Positions 8,455 to 18,283 of a stretch of DNA of 33,285 nt are shown one piece after another (within the stretch, counting starts at the first letter, position 1; every line of letters starts with the position of its first letter). Under the pieces are notes generated by a model. The model did no database searches. It was not told the DNA's origin and saw nothing but the letters and a program-made list of their open reading frames with translations. The position numbers were made by a program, and so were the translations under genes. Source of the stretch: Promethearchaeia archaeon. GTDB lineage: Archaea; Asgardarchaeota; Lokiarchaeia; Sigyniarchaeales; SOKP01. The DNA lies in NCBI GenBank assembly GCA_029856105.1, contig JAHQWH010000107.1, positions 1 through 33,285 of the forward strand. The letters are read 5' to 3'.

Positions 8455-8886
8455 GTGAAAGATAAAAGAATTATCAGCGTAAAGAATCCTAAATTGCGGA
8501 AAATCCGCAACGAGATGCGAGAAGTGCTACTTCAAGCTAGAGATGCAGAGTTAGATAAAATAACATATGAAATGGAATTAATGGAATTCGATAAAGATGA
8601 CAATCGAATAACTATCGATGATTTGACTCCTTCGCAACTAGAGCGGTTTAGAGAACTCCAGCATTTGAAGAACGAGAATAGAGAGATCGGTCGGAAGTCG
8701 ATTTGCATGTGTTATAACTGCGGCAAACCTGACCAAGACATGTTTTACAACTATCCTTACCGTGCGTGGTTCTGCGTCGAATGCGTGAAATTCTTAAAGA
8801 AGGGGCACGCAAAGATGAAGGTCAAGAAAGCCCACGGTGAATACACTTGCGATCCCGACGACGATTTCGGTCAGAGCTTTTTCTAA
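8455..8886 (+). CDS. Small zinc-binding protein (CxCxxC...CxxC), candidate immunity or partner protein
   Basis: 143 aa, GTG start, helical N-terminal half, motif ICMCYNCGKPDQDMFYNYPYRAWFCVEC. Co-oriented 79 bp downstream of the giant ORF and with the same CG-rich codon style as that ORF's 3' end. Confidence 0.65.
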   Translation: MKDKRIISVKNPKLRKIRNEMREVLLQARDAELDKITYEMELMEFDKDDNRITIDDLTPSQLERFRELQHLKNENREIGRKSICMCYNCGKPDQDMFYNYPYRAWFCVECVKFLKKGHAKMKVKKAHGEYTCDPDDDFGQSFF

Positions 8887-8943
8887 ATTTCTCAAAATTT
8901 TTTCTTTAATTTTAATTTTTTTTATTTTTTCTCAAAAAAATTT
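8887..8943. terminator. T/A-tract region between convergent genes; right boundary of the island
   Basis: Long T runs plus an A7 run between the stops at 8886 (+) and 8944 (-); composition changes across it. Confidence 0.45.
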
Positions 8944-9825
8944 TTATTTTTCTAAAATCCCCGAAAAATAACCCACACAATATCCATATCCACCCTTAAT
9001 ATCGCTACTAGTATAATATTTTAATAATTTACCTTTTTTTCCGTTTAATTTTTCACAAATTAACATTAAAGTTGTTATTGTTTGGGCTCCGCATACGGTT
9101 GTTTTTGAAGCAGCTGAAAGAGTTTTTTTAGAATTAAATTCTACAAAAGCATCAATAACATCTTGATCAAATTTCTTAAACTCTTTTAATTGATTTGTAT
9201 TAAAAATTTCTTTATGTGACATATCAGACGATGCAATAATAACAACATCTTTATTTAACGTCTTAATTGCAGCAGAAATATCAGAAGCTATTTTTTCAAA
9301 TACGCTATAATCCCTTCTAATTCCTATTTTAAGCGTTACTATTTTTACGTCTTTATCTTTAGCACAATATTTAATGAAGGGTAATTGTATTTCAATATTG
9401 TGTTCTTGTTCCATGGAGCCGGTGAAGGCAGAAGGATCTTCTACAATAATTTCACTTGTATCTAAAATCTTTTTAGATAATTCATCGTCAATTTGTAAGT
9501 TTCCTAAAGGCGTTTCCCAGGCGCCATCTCCTAACAGAGCCACCTTTCCATAGCCAACATGATCAGTCCCTAATACGATTACTGTATCTGGGATTTTCTC
9601 TTTAAATAAATTCAAATACGTAAAGGCGGCACATCTTCCAGAAAAAGTATATCCCGCATGAGGAGATACCCCTCCAATTATAGTCCTACTGTCTTGATTT
9701 AGCGTTTCAGGTAGTTTACCAGGTCCAAACTCTTTATCGGAAAAAACATATTCTAGGTTTTTTATTAAATCTTCTTTTTTACCAGGGTACCAACTTCCCG
9801 CATGTGATGCTTTTCTTATAACCAA
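8944..9825 (-). CDS. MEMO1 family protein (AmmeMemoRadiSam system protein B), intact metal site
   Basis: Motifs RKASHAGSWYP, SPHAGY, GTDH, EHNIEIQLPF, ASSDMSH, TVCG, VGY. The start is more likely TTG at 9825 after AGGTGA than the track GTG at 9834. Confidence 0.92.
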   Translation of the reverse strand: MVIRKASHAGSWYPGKKEDLIKNLEYVFSDKEFGPGKLPETLNQDSRTIIGGVSPHAGYTFSGRCAAFTYLNLFKEKIPDTVIVLGTDHVGYGKVALLGDGAWETPLGNLQIDDELSKKILDTSEIIVEDPSAFTGSMEQEHNIEIQLPFIKYCAKDKDVKIVTLKIGIRRDYSVFEKIASDISAAIKTLNKDVVIIASSDMSHKEIFNTNQLKEFKKFDQDVIDAFVEFNSKKTLSAASKTTVCGAQTITTLMLICEKLNGKKGKLLKYYTSSDIKGGYGYCVGYFSGILEK

Positions 9826-9865
9826 TTTTATCACCTTCTTCTAATTAATTATTGTTGTTTTCCTA

Positions 9866-10774
9866 TTAAATATCTTTTATAATTATCCCCGAAAAATATG
9901 AAGCATTATATTTACAAGGACCAGTACCTCCACCTTTGTCATAACTAGTGTAATAATTTAATGCTCTATATTCGTTTGCACCCATCCTTTTACATATTAG
10001 CATTAATGTGGTAAGGATTTGTGGCTCTTTTATAGAAAATCTTGACGCGTCAAAAAAAGTCTTCTTTGGGTTAAATTCTGTAAACGATTTGATTACTGAT
10101 TTATCTGCTAAGAGCATTTCTTGCATTTCAAATTCAGCAGTAAATTCATCTTTGCAAATAATATGACTCATATCTGTAGAACCTATAAATACTATATCTT
10201 TGTTTAAGGATTGGACTGCTCTCGCGATATCTTCGGATAATTTATCTAATTTATCATAATCCATTATAGAAATAATAATTGGCAAGATTTTTATCTCTCT
10301 TTTTAACGCACAATATTTAATAAACGGCAATTGTACATCAATATAATATTCTCTTCCAAAGGGAAATCCAACAAAAGCAGAATCATCTCCTTTAACCATG
10401 CTACTCGTTTTTAGCAATTTTTGAGATAAATCGCTATCAACTTCTAGGTTACCTAACGGAGTTTCCCATTCGCCTACTTCTAGTAAAGCAATGTTGTTAT
10501 ATCCTAAATCTTCAGTGGCTAATATCACAACTGTATCCGGGATTTTTTCCTTAAACAAATGTAAATATGTATATGCCGCACAGCTACCAGAATAAGCGTA
10601 ACCCCCATGTGGAGATATTCCACCAAATATTGTTCTTGTTTTTTGGTTTAAAGAGTCGAATTTTTTACCTGGTCCAAATTCTTTATCTATAAAGGATTCA
10701 TCTATCATTTTAAATAAATCCGATTTGGATCGTGGATAATAAATTCCCGCGGCAGAAGATTCTCTTAATACCAA
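9866..10774 (-). CDS. MEMO1 family paralogue with degenerate metal-binding site
   Basis: Colinear with the neighbour (FGPGK, SPHGGY, LFKEKIPDTVVIL, WETPLGNL, QLPFIKYC, STDMSH), but GTDH>ATED, EHNIE>EYYID and TVCG>SIKE. Confidence 0.88.
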   Translation of the reverse strand: MVLRESSAAGIYYPRSKSDLFKMIDESFIDKEFGPGKKFDSLNQKTRTIFGGISPHGGYAYSGSCAAYTYLHLFKEKIPDTVVILATEDLGYNNIALLEVGEWETPLGNLEVDSDLSQKLLKTSSMVKGDDSAFVGFPFGREYYIDVQLPFIKYCALKREIKILPIIISIMDYDKLDKLSEDIARAVQSLNKDIVFIGSTDMSHIICKDEFTAEFEMQEMLLADKSVIKSFTEFNPKKTFFDASRFSIKEPQILTTLMLICKRMGANEYRALNYYTSYDKGGGTGPCKYNASYFSGIIIKDI

Positions 10775-10899
10775 ATTTAATTTTGAGTGAATGATTTAAA
10801 TTATTCTATTAAATCAATTGTATTAAAAATTTATATAATTATATCTATTGTTCGTTAAATTGGAAGAATTATTAAATTATCCGTTATACATCTAATTAG

Positions 10900-11502
10900 A
10901 TGAGTAAAGAAAAAGAGACTCCCATTTCGCTGGAGGATATAAACGAAGACGACATCCCAGAAAAGATTCCAACTAAATTTATTAATAATCGCGTAATTGT
11001 GTTTAATCCTTTGTTTGCTTCCTATTTATATGTCAAACAAAAGTTTTTTGGGTCTCCTCTCGGGATTAGTAAACCCCGCTTAGAATATTTTTCTAAACCA
11101 TCGGAATTATCCCTAATTGAAGCTCTTTACTTGTTAGAAAAAGAAAAAATTACTATATTTGACGCTAAGAACGATAAGTACCTTTCTCCCAAAGAATTTC
11201 ACGAAATCGGAAAAAAAATACATCATAAATTTGAAGAAAAATATCTTATTTATCAAGATTTAAGGAAAAAGGGATATGTACCTCGTCCGGGGCTAAAATT
11301 TGGCGCTGATTTTGTAGTATATAAAAAAGGACCGGGGTTAGAGCATTCAGCGTTTATTGCTCATGTATTACCTCATGATGCAAAAATAACTGCGATTGAT
11401 ATGGTTCGAGCTGGAAGGTTGGCAACATCTGTAAGGAAGAAATTTGTAATTGCCAATCCACTAACAATGAGTTATTACTTCTTTGAATGGTTTAAACCCT
11501 GA
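10900..11502 (+). CDS. endA: tRNA-intron (splicing) endonuclease, single-unit catalytic subunit
   Basis: LSLIEALYL, YQDLRKKGY, GLKFGADFVVY (Tyr), GPGLEHS (His) and RLATSVRKK (Lys) give the catalytic triad motifs. Confidence 0.95.
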   Translation: MSKEKETPISLEDINEDDIPEKIPTKFINNRVIVFNPLFASYLYVKQKFFGSPLGISKPRLEYFSKPSELSLIEALYLLEKEKITIFDAKNDKYLSPKEFHEIGKKIHHKFEEKYLIYQDLRKKGYVPRPGLKFGADFVVYKKGPGLEHSAFIAHVLPHDAKITAIDMVRAGRLATSVRKKFVIANPLTMSYYFFEWFKP

Positions 11503-11535
11503 GACATAGATAAACCTTAAAATTTAATGATAGTT

Positions 11536-13350
11536 TTACTGTCTTCGATGAACGTTAAAAACTAAACCTAAAGATTCATTATTAATTTTATCCCTTAGCT
11601 CTTCAATTTGTTCAAAGTTTTCATTAGGAACATAATGGCTAATTCTCATAACCTCATTGAGAACTTCATCACACTTCTTCTCATCAATTAGAAATCCTCG
11701 TTTAACGAGTGATTTACTTTTATTATATAATAAAAGTATTACTTTTACTAACCCTAGCAATTTTCCACTACTCGTATAACAATCTACTTTGTTGAAAGCA
11801 TTTTGAATTAACAATGCATTTCTTATTAGATTGGCTGTAAAGATTTCTAACCTTTGATCTTCAGCTAAATTTTTTAGCCCTAGTAGCTGGATAATATATT
11901 TCAACTCGTTTTCTTTTGCTAAAATCTCATTTACTTGTTTTCTACACTCAAACCAGTTTAAATTAATCTCGGGCCAAACAATATCTCTCTCGTCCCACCA
12001 TTCTGCTACATATTCAGGATAATTAGAGTATGAACTGATCCAACTAATTGCAGGATAATGTTTTAGATATGCTAGTTTAGGATCTAAAGCCCAAATCCCT
12101 TGAACAACACGTTTAGTAGCTGCGGTAACTGGTTCGCTAAAATCTCCAGCTGGTGGTGATATCGATCCTAAGATTGTTATGGATCCTTTTTTTTTTCCTA
12201 AAGTTGTAATAACGCCAGCTCGCTCAAAGAAACTTGATAATTTCGATGGTAAATAGGCGGGATAACCCTCTTCAGCAGGCATTTCCTCTAATAACCCTGA
12301 AATCTCTCTTAAGGATTCTGCCCATCTTGAAATACTATCTGCTACAACGGCAACATCATATCCCATATCTCTATAATATTCTGCTATTGTAATACCTGAA
12401 AAAAGACTTGCTTCACGAGCAGACACAGGCATATTTGAAGTATTGGCAATAAGAACAATATGTTCTAATAAAGGTTTTCCTGTTTTGGGATCAATAGTTT
12501 CCGTGAATTGTTTTAGAAAATTAGCAACTTCATTTCCAGGTTCTCCACAGCCTATAAAAACGCATATTTCTGCGTTACAAAATTTAGCAATATGTTGTGA
12601 GATAATTGTTTTACCAGTTCCAAAACCGCCCGGAACCGCAAAAGTACCACCTTTTGCTACGGGAAACAATAAATCTACAATACGCAAGCCAGTTAGTAAA
12701 GGTTCGTTAGGTTGATTTTTTTCACTATAAGGCTTTCTCTTTGTAACTGGCCATTTTTGTAACATACAAAAAGATTTATCTACATTCTCCTTTCTCAAGG
12801 TATATATTTCATCGACAATTGTATAATCACCTTCGTCAACAATAAACAATAAAACACCAGAATTTTCAGGAGGAACCATTATTTTATGTTCAAAAAAGGA
12901 TGTTTCTTGAACGGTCCCAATTTCATCTCCACTACTTAAAGAATCTTTTATTTTTTTCGATGGAATAAAATGCCATTTTTTTGTTCTTGATAAAGAGGGA
13001 AATTCGAGACCTCTTCCTAATCTTCCTTCTTTAAAGTGGCTGAAAGTAAGATCTAAAGGTCTCTGAATTCCATCAAAAACATTTGCTAACAAACCTGGTG
13101 CTAACTCCATAGATAATGGTTCGTTAAGATTAATTACTTTATCGTTCAATTTTATACTATTAGTACTTTCAAAAGATTGGGCTATTACACGATCCGAGTA
13201 GATTTGAATTACCTGACAAATAATGTTATAGTCACAAATCTTAATTAAATCATGAAGCCGAACCTGATTTTCTAATCCTTTAAACTCCACTAATGATCCA
13301 TTAACAGCAGAAATAAAACCCAAATTAGAATCATTTGTTTCTGTGACCAT
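11536..13350 (-). CDS. atpA: A/V-type ATPase subunit A, second divergent copy (GEPGNE variant)
   Basis: 604 aa. Walker [47 protein letters not shown] and HYPAI are present; the catalytic motif reads GCGEPGNE. Confidence 0.92.
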   Translation of the reverse strand: MVTETNDSNLGFISAVNGSLVEFKGLENQVRLHDLIKICDYNIICQVIQIYSDRVIAQSFESTNSIKLNDKVINLNEPLSMELAPGLLANVFDGIQRPLDLTFSHFKEGRLGRGLEFPSLSRTKKWHFIPSKKIKDSLSSGDEIGTVQETSFFEHKIMVPPENSGVLLFIVDEGDYTIVDEIYTLRKENVDKSFCMLQKWPVTKRKPYSEKNQPNEPLLTGLRIVDLLFPVAKGGTFAVPGGFGTGKTIISQHIAKFCNAEICVFIGCGEPGNEVANFLKQFTETIDPKTGKPLLEHIVLIANTSNMPVSAREASLFSGITIAEYYRDMGYDVAVVADSISRWAESLREISGLLEEMPAEEGYPAYLPSKLSSFFERAGVITTLGKKKGSITILGSISPPAGDFSEPVTAATKRVVQGIWALDPKLAYLKHYPAISWISSYSNYPEYVAEWWDERDIVWPEINLNWFECRKQVNEILAKENELKYIIQLLGLKNLAEDQRLEIFTANLIRNALLIQNAFNKVDCYTSSGKLLGLVKVILLLYNKSKSLVKRGFLIDEKKCDEVLNEVMRISHYVPNENFEQIEELRDKINNESLGLVFNVHRRQ

Positions 13351-13392
13351 TTTTTACTTATCCTACCATGTAAGCTAACATTATGTTTTTTA

Positions 13393-13920
13393 TTATGTTG
13401 TTCGTTTTCCACAAATTGGACATATTTTCACAGACTTTGTAATTAGCATCCCACAATTTTTACATTTCTTAACAATTTCTTTCAGTTGAATTGTTTGACC
13501 ACATGTAGGACATTTTTTCCTATAGCCTGTTATGAGCATCCCACAATTTTCGCATTTATTGATAAGGGATTTGCGATACTTAAAGTTAAGATTAGCTTCT
13601 TTAAAATTTTTTTGAACCAGTTTCTCAGGTTCCGTTTCTATCTTTAATTCCAATTTTCGATGAAAATCTTGACTTCTTCTTTTTTTTTTATCAGGAAACA
13701 TTTCTGAATAAATTGAGCTTTGCTTTTTTTTAATAAAAAAGGACCCTACAAACAGCAATAACATGAATCCTAGTATTAAAATAATGAGAAGGGGATTTGT
13801 TCCAAATTCCATCAATATAAGATATAAAAAGATTAATATAATTAGATAAATAATCAAAAGTAACATTTTGAGAGAAAAAGTTTTCTTGGATGAGCTTTCT
13901 TTCGTGTTTTCGTTTTTCAT
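13393..13920 (-). CDS. Membrane protein with two N-terminal TM helices and two tandem zinc ribbons
   Basis: Two hydrophobic helices, then KCENCGMLITGYRKKCPTCGQ and KCKNCGMLITKSVKICPICGK. Confidence 0.85.
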   Translation of the reverse strand: MKNENTKESSSKKTFSLKMLLLIIYLIILIFLYLILMEFGTNPLLIILILGFMLLLFVGSFFIKKKQSSIYSEMFPDKKKRRSQDFHRKLELKIETEPEKLVQKNFKEANLNFKYRKSLINKCENCGMLITGYRKKCPTCGQTIQLKEIVKKCKNCGMLITKSVKICPICGKRTT

Positions 13921-13939
13921 ATTTTATAATAAATCTACT

Positions 13940-16228
13940 TTATAAATATTTTTTAGAAATATATTGTTCTGCCTTAATTATATCCTCATGAGTTTTCTTT
14001 GATTCGATCTCTCTATCTATTTCTTCGGAAATAACATCTTTTATGGTGCTTATTTTAAAGGAAACAATAGAATATTTATCGTCTAAATAAAAAGGAATAT
14101 ATGTAACTCCGGTTCCTTGATAGAATTTGAAGAAAAATTCATAAAAATGGAGCCTAATGGCATTTATAAAAACAAGTAATCCTTCTAATAAAATAACAAC
14201 TATATTGCCAAAAATCAATCCTACAATATTTATTATCTCGTTAAAAATCCCCTCGCCTTGAATTAAATTCCCCATTGCTTGAATTGCGACCATTAAAGAG
14301 ATATGTGCTAAAGCTAACGCTAGTAATCTTATATAAGATGCTACATTGCTCATTATCGACAATAACGTTTCAAATGACTCCATTGTACCTTCCCCTATAA
14401 GCCCTCCAATTGTCTCTTCTTTCAAATAAGAAACATGGAAAATCTTGCCAAATGGTTTTAAGAGTATTAATAATATACCTGGGAGCAAGGGCAACAAAAT
14501 TGGGTAAGGAGGTGCTATCCATACATATATGTTAAAACCAAAAGTAAAAATTAAAATAGTTCCTCCAGTTAATAACCATATTTTAATTAATGAGTCAGTA
14601 AAACCTATATATTTTCTATGCTGTTTCCAATAATTCAAAAATTGTATAAACCAGCCCAAATTAATATGTACTACTCCAATTAATACAGCAAACTTAAAAA
14701 CGACCATAATATTATTTAACGGATTGTATAAAGTGATATTTATTATTGGAATGGTAACAGGTTCTAAGTGTAAAAAAACCGTTCCAAATAATTCAATGTC
14801 ATGCATCCCAAAAAATTCGCCATATAAAAAACCCACGAGTATAGAACCGATTCCACAATAAAAAATAATCCAGCAAAAATTTAAGAAATCTTTACTTTTT
14901 TTGTTCCTAAAGATAAATGCTCCAATCAAACCTGAGATAATTAATGTAATACCATGTCCTATATCCCCAAACATCAATCCAAACAAAAGTGGAAAAGTTA
15001 TTGCCAAAAACGGAGTGGGATCAATTTCTGAATAAGCAGGAACACCGTACATTTTAGTAATAGTTTCAAAGGGTCTCACAAAGAAATTATTCTTCATAAT
15101 TGTAGGAGCTGTATTTCTTAAATCCTTTTTATCTTCCTTGTTATTATTCGTCGGTTCTTCCTTTAATGAAGAATCCTTCCTTTTGGAATCTTGTGATTTC
15201 CCTGAATGTACATGGCTTATATCTTCTTTTAGGCTAACAGATTTATTTTTTGTAATAGCGATTGATTCAATTGTTATTTGATCTTGGAACTTTTCAATCA
15301 ACCCCTTTTGTATTTCTTGTTTTTTTTCTTGTGGAACAAAAAAACTCAAACTTAGTCGATTTAAAGATAAATCTTCGAATTGATGTGAAGCCCAGTTATA
15401 TTCTTCTATATTTTGCATGATCTCATTCGTAGCAGCAAATAGCAGTATGTTATCATCTCTTAATCGTTCTAATTCCTTTTGATATTTATTTAAAGACTTC
15501 ACAATAAACCTAATTTCATCTGCTATACGAGGAAAGTTTATCCCGTTTGAGAGCAAATATTTTTTAAGAATCGGTACTTCTTCGGCATGAATGATGCGTA
15601 TCCTCTCTCTAAATGCCTCTTCTTGTTCTTTTGGATAGATTACGAAAAAGGCAATTCTTTCATCGCTTAAAAAATCATACTGAAAAAAATTCGGAAAATG
15701 AGAAAATTCAAAAAGATTCTCTATATTTTCGAGGTTCTTTGAGAATGTTGTAAAGGCTTTAAATTCTAAACGATCAAATTTCGATAATTTATCTCGCGTT
15801 AGCTCATATTTTTCCAAAAAAATGTAACTTACATGAATCAAATTTATTTTATCCAATTCCACTTTGATAGTGATCATATATTTTTTTAACTCATTAACAC
15901 GGTTTGAATAGTAATTAATTTCACTCAATATTTGATTTAACAAATCGTTAAAATCCTTAACTTCAAATTCTTTTCTCTCTTCTTTTTCAAGTATTAATTT
16001 TTGGAAGTCAGATTCAGTAAGATTAAGGTTTTTGAATAAAGTTTCTAAATTTTGGCTTAATTTCTTAATTCTATCAAACAAAACTTTATCTTTTTCAATT
16101 ATGTCGCTTATTTCAGGTTTCGTTTTAATGTGAACTAGGTTAAGCTGGTATAGGTGTTGTAGTAGAAGATCCTTGTAATTATGATTAATATTTACCTTAA
16201 ATAATTCCATTGAGCTTTTTTTTGTCAT
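13940..16228 (-). CDS. atpI: A/V-type ATPase subunit I (a)
   Basis: PTIMKNN, YGVPAYSEIDPT, FGLMFGDIGHG, essential Arg in SYIRLLALALAH, and RLHFYEFF. ATG at 16228 follows GTGAGG (the track uses GTG 16246). Confidence 0.95.
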   Translation of the reverse strand: MTKKSSMELFKVNINHNYKDLLLQHLYQLNLVHIKTKPEISDIIEKDKVLFDRIKKLSQNLETLFKNLNLTESDFQKLILEKEERKEFEVKDFNDLLNQILSEINYYSNRVNELKKYMITIKVELDKINLIHVSYIFLEKYELTRDKLSKFDRLEFKAFTTFSKNLENIENLFEFSHFPNFFQYDFLSDERIAFFVIYPKEQEEAFRERIRIIHAEEVPILKKYLLSNGINFPRIADEIRFIVKSLNKYQKELERLRDDNILLFAATNEIMQNIEEYNWASHQFEDLSLNRLSLSFFVPQEKKQEIQKGLIEKFQDQITIESIAITKNKSVSLKEDISHVHSGKSQDSKRKDSSLKEEPTNNNKEDKKDLRNTAPTIMKNNFFVRPFETITKMYGVPAYSEIDPTPFLAITFPLLFGLMFGDIGHGITLIISGLIGAFIFRNKKSKDFLNFCWIIFYCGIGSILVGFLYGEFFGMHDIELFGTVFLHLEPVTIPIINITLYNPLNNIMVVFKFAVLIGVVHINLGWFIQFLNYWKQHRKYIGFTDSLIKIWLLTGGTILIFTFGFNIYVWIAPPYPILLPLLPGILLILLKPFGKIFHVSYLKEETIGGLIGEGTMESFETLLSIMSNVASYIRLLALALAHISLMVAIQAMGNLIQGEGIFNEIINIVGLIFGNIVVILLEGLLVFINAIRLHFYEFFFKFYQGTGVTYIPFYLDDKYSIVSFKISTIKDVISEEIDREIESKKTHEDIIKAEQYISKKYL

Positions 16229-16246
16229 TTTTTTTTCTTTCCTCAC

Positions 16247-16885
16247 TTAAGCATTTTTTGTAATCAAATCTTTTGTATTTTTCAAACGTACATAATTTTC
16301 TCTTTCAATTTCTTCTAGTACAGCTTTAATTTTTTTAATGTCTATATGTAGTTCAGGAATTATTACATTCTTCAGACCATTTATCCTACGATTTATTTTT
16401 TTAAAAGTTTGAGAGAGTTTCAACAATAGGTCTTCAGTCTGTGCAACAATTATAATGCTTTTAAAAAACTTTATTAAAAGAATAATCAAATCATCAAGAT
16501 AATGAGATGTATTTTCAAAAGAGTAAGCTGGAAGTAATTCTTCCCGTATCAGTTCATAATCTATTATTGGCACTAATGTTCCAATCTTTTTTATATAGTT
16601 TACAGCAATCTTTGGATTATATTGGATTTTACTTAATTTACTTATCAAATTAAATTCTCGTTTACCCATTTCTTTATAGGTTTGATTTAGTTTAATCATA
16701 GTCTCTTTATATAATTTTAAAAAGATTTCACGTTGTTTTAAATAATTATCCCAATTTTTTTTTATTTCAAATATTATTTGTTCTAATTTAAATTTTAGAA
16801 AATTTTCGCCTTTTACAGCAAAAGTTAACCTTTTTTGTAGACTCATTAAATTTGTTTTTGTGGGCTTAAACTCTCTAAAACTAAT
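16247..16885 (-). CDS. atpD: A/V-type ATPase subunit D
   Basis: C-terminal KINRRINGLKNVIIP...LEEIERENYVRLK. The conserved N-terminal KPTKTNL lies upstream of the track ATG (16846), implying a start near ATT 16885. Confidence 0.9.
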   Translation of the reverse strand: MSFREFKPTKTNLMSLQKRLTFAVKGENFLKFKLEQIIFEIKKNWDNYLKQREIFLKLYKETMIKLNQTYKEMGKREFNLISKLSKIQYNPKIAVNYIKKIGTLVPIIDYELIREELLPAYSFENTSHYLDDLIILLIKFFKSIIIVAQTEDLLLKLSQTFKKINRRINGLKNVIIPELHIDIKKIKAVLEEIERENYVRLKNTKDLITKNA

Positions 16886-16891
16886 TGATAC

Positions 16892-18283
16892 TTACACCTC
16901 TTCAATATAATACTTATCAATAAAATCTTCCCGTATTCTAAATAATTGGTTTTTAGGCAAATTAGATAAAGCATGCCAAGCAATATTGAGAGTAGTTGAA
17001 AAATCCCTTTCTTCTGTGTAACCTTGATTTAAAAATTTTTGTTCGAAAAAGTTACCAAATCTTAATAACGATTTTTGATTTAAATTTAATCCATCTTCCC
17101 CTACAATCGACATAAGATCTCTAACTTCAAGGGCAGCTGAATACGATGCTAATAACTGAGAGTTAACATCAGCATGGTCTTCCCTAGTAGTATTTTTACC
17201 TATTGAATCTTTCATAAGTCGAGATATGGACGCTAAGACTTCAAAAGGGGGATATATTCCCTTTTTTTCCAAGTTTCGATTTAGAACTAATTGCCCTTCA
17301 GTTATGTAGCCCGTCGTATCCGGAATTGGATGAGATATGTCATCATTAGGCATCGTCAAAATCGGTAATTGGGTTATTGTTCCTTTTTTACCTTTAATTT
17401 TACCAGTTCTTTCATAAATAGATGCGAAATCAGTATATAAATAACCCGGATACCCTTTTCGGCTAGGAATCTCTTCTTTGGCGGAGCTTAGTTCTCTTAA
17501 AGCTTCAGCATAATTCGTCATGTCTAATAAAACAACGAGAACATGCATCTCTTTTTCAAATGCAAAATATTCCGCAGTAGTTAATGCTACTCGCGGAATT
17601 ATTAGTCTTTCCATTATTGGATCGTCGGCAAAATTGATAAAAGAAATGATATTTTGTATGTTTCCACTTTCTTTAAAACGATTCATAAAAAAAATCGCTT
17701 CATCTTGGATAATTCCAATTCCACAAAAAATTATTAAGAATGGTTCTTCTGTCAAAACCTTTGCTTGAGTAACAATTTGAGCAGCTAATAGATTATGGGG
17801 TAATCCTTGACCACTAAATATAGGAAGCTTTTGTCCTCTTATTAAGGTAAAAAGACCGTCTATTACCGATATTCCCGTTTGGATGACTTGCGTTGGATAC
17901 TCTCTTGCAAAAGGATTAATTGGTAAACCGTTTATATCTCGTTCAATTTCGGTAAAAATGTCTGAATCTAGCATTTGTTTCGTATTAATGTCAATAGGTT
18001 TTCCCATTGAGTTAAAAACCCTTCCAATCATATCGCTTGAAATTTTTATCTTAAAAGAATCTTCAGTAAAAGTAATTGTAGAATTTTCTGAAGAAATCCC
18101 AGCTGTATCTTCAAATACTTCAATTGTGATTATTTTTTCATCCATTTTTACGACTTGGCCTGTGCGTTCTTTTCCATCGTCAGAATGGATTTTAACGATT
18201 TCACCATATTGTACATCGTGTCTATTATCTATAATTATTAAAGGTCCAACAATTTGTTTTATTTTTCTATATATTACGCTCAT
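16892..18283 (-). CDS. atpB: A/V-type ATPase subunit B
   Basis: [46 protein letters not shown], and arginine finger SISRLM. Confidence 0.96.
   Translation of the reverse strand: MSVIYRKIKQIVGPLIIIDNRHDVQYGEIVKIHSDDGKERTGQVVKMDEKIITIEVFEDTAGISSENSTITFTEDSFKIKISSDMIGRVFNSMGKPIDINTKQMLDSDIFTEIERDINGLPINPFAREYPTQVIQTGISVIDGLFTLIRGQKLPIFSGQGLPHNLLAAQIVTQAKVLTEEPFLIIFCGIGIIQDEAIFFMNRFKESGNIQNIISFINFADDPIMERLIIPRVALTTAEYFAFEKEMHVLVVLLDMTNYAEALRELSSAKEEIPSRKGYPGYLYTDFASIYERTGKIKGKKGTITQLPILTMPNDDISHPIPDTTGYITEGQLVLNRNLEKKGIYPPFEVLASISRLMKDSIGKNTTREDHADVNSQLLASYSAALEVRDLMSIVGEDGLNLNQKSLLRFGNFFEQKFLNQGYTEERDFSTTLNIAWHALSNLPKNQLFRIREDFIDKYYIEEV

Larger units (their letters stand above)
1..8886. mobile_element. 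Compositionally atypical island (left end outside the window; no mobility gene visible)
   Basis: Visibly higher GC and CG-dinucleotide use than the backbone (hand spot counts: 32/60 GC at 5521-5580 and 29/60 at 7981-8040, versus 11/60 at 21841-21900). Only accessory-type genes. No integrase, transposase or att site seen. Confidence 0.45.
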
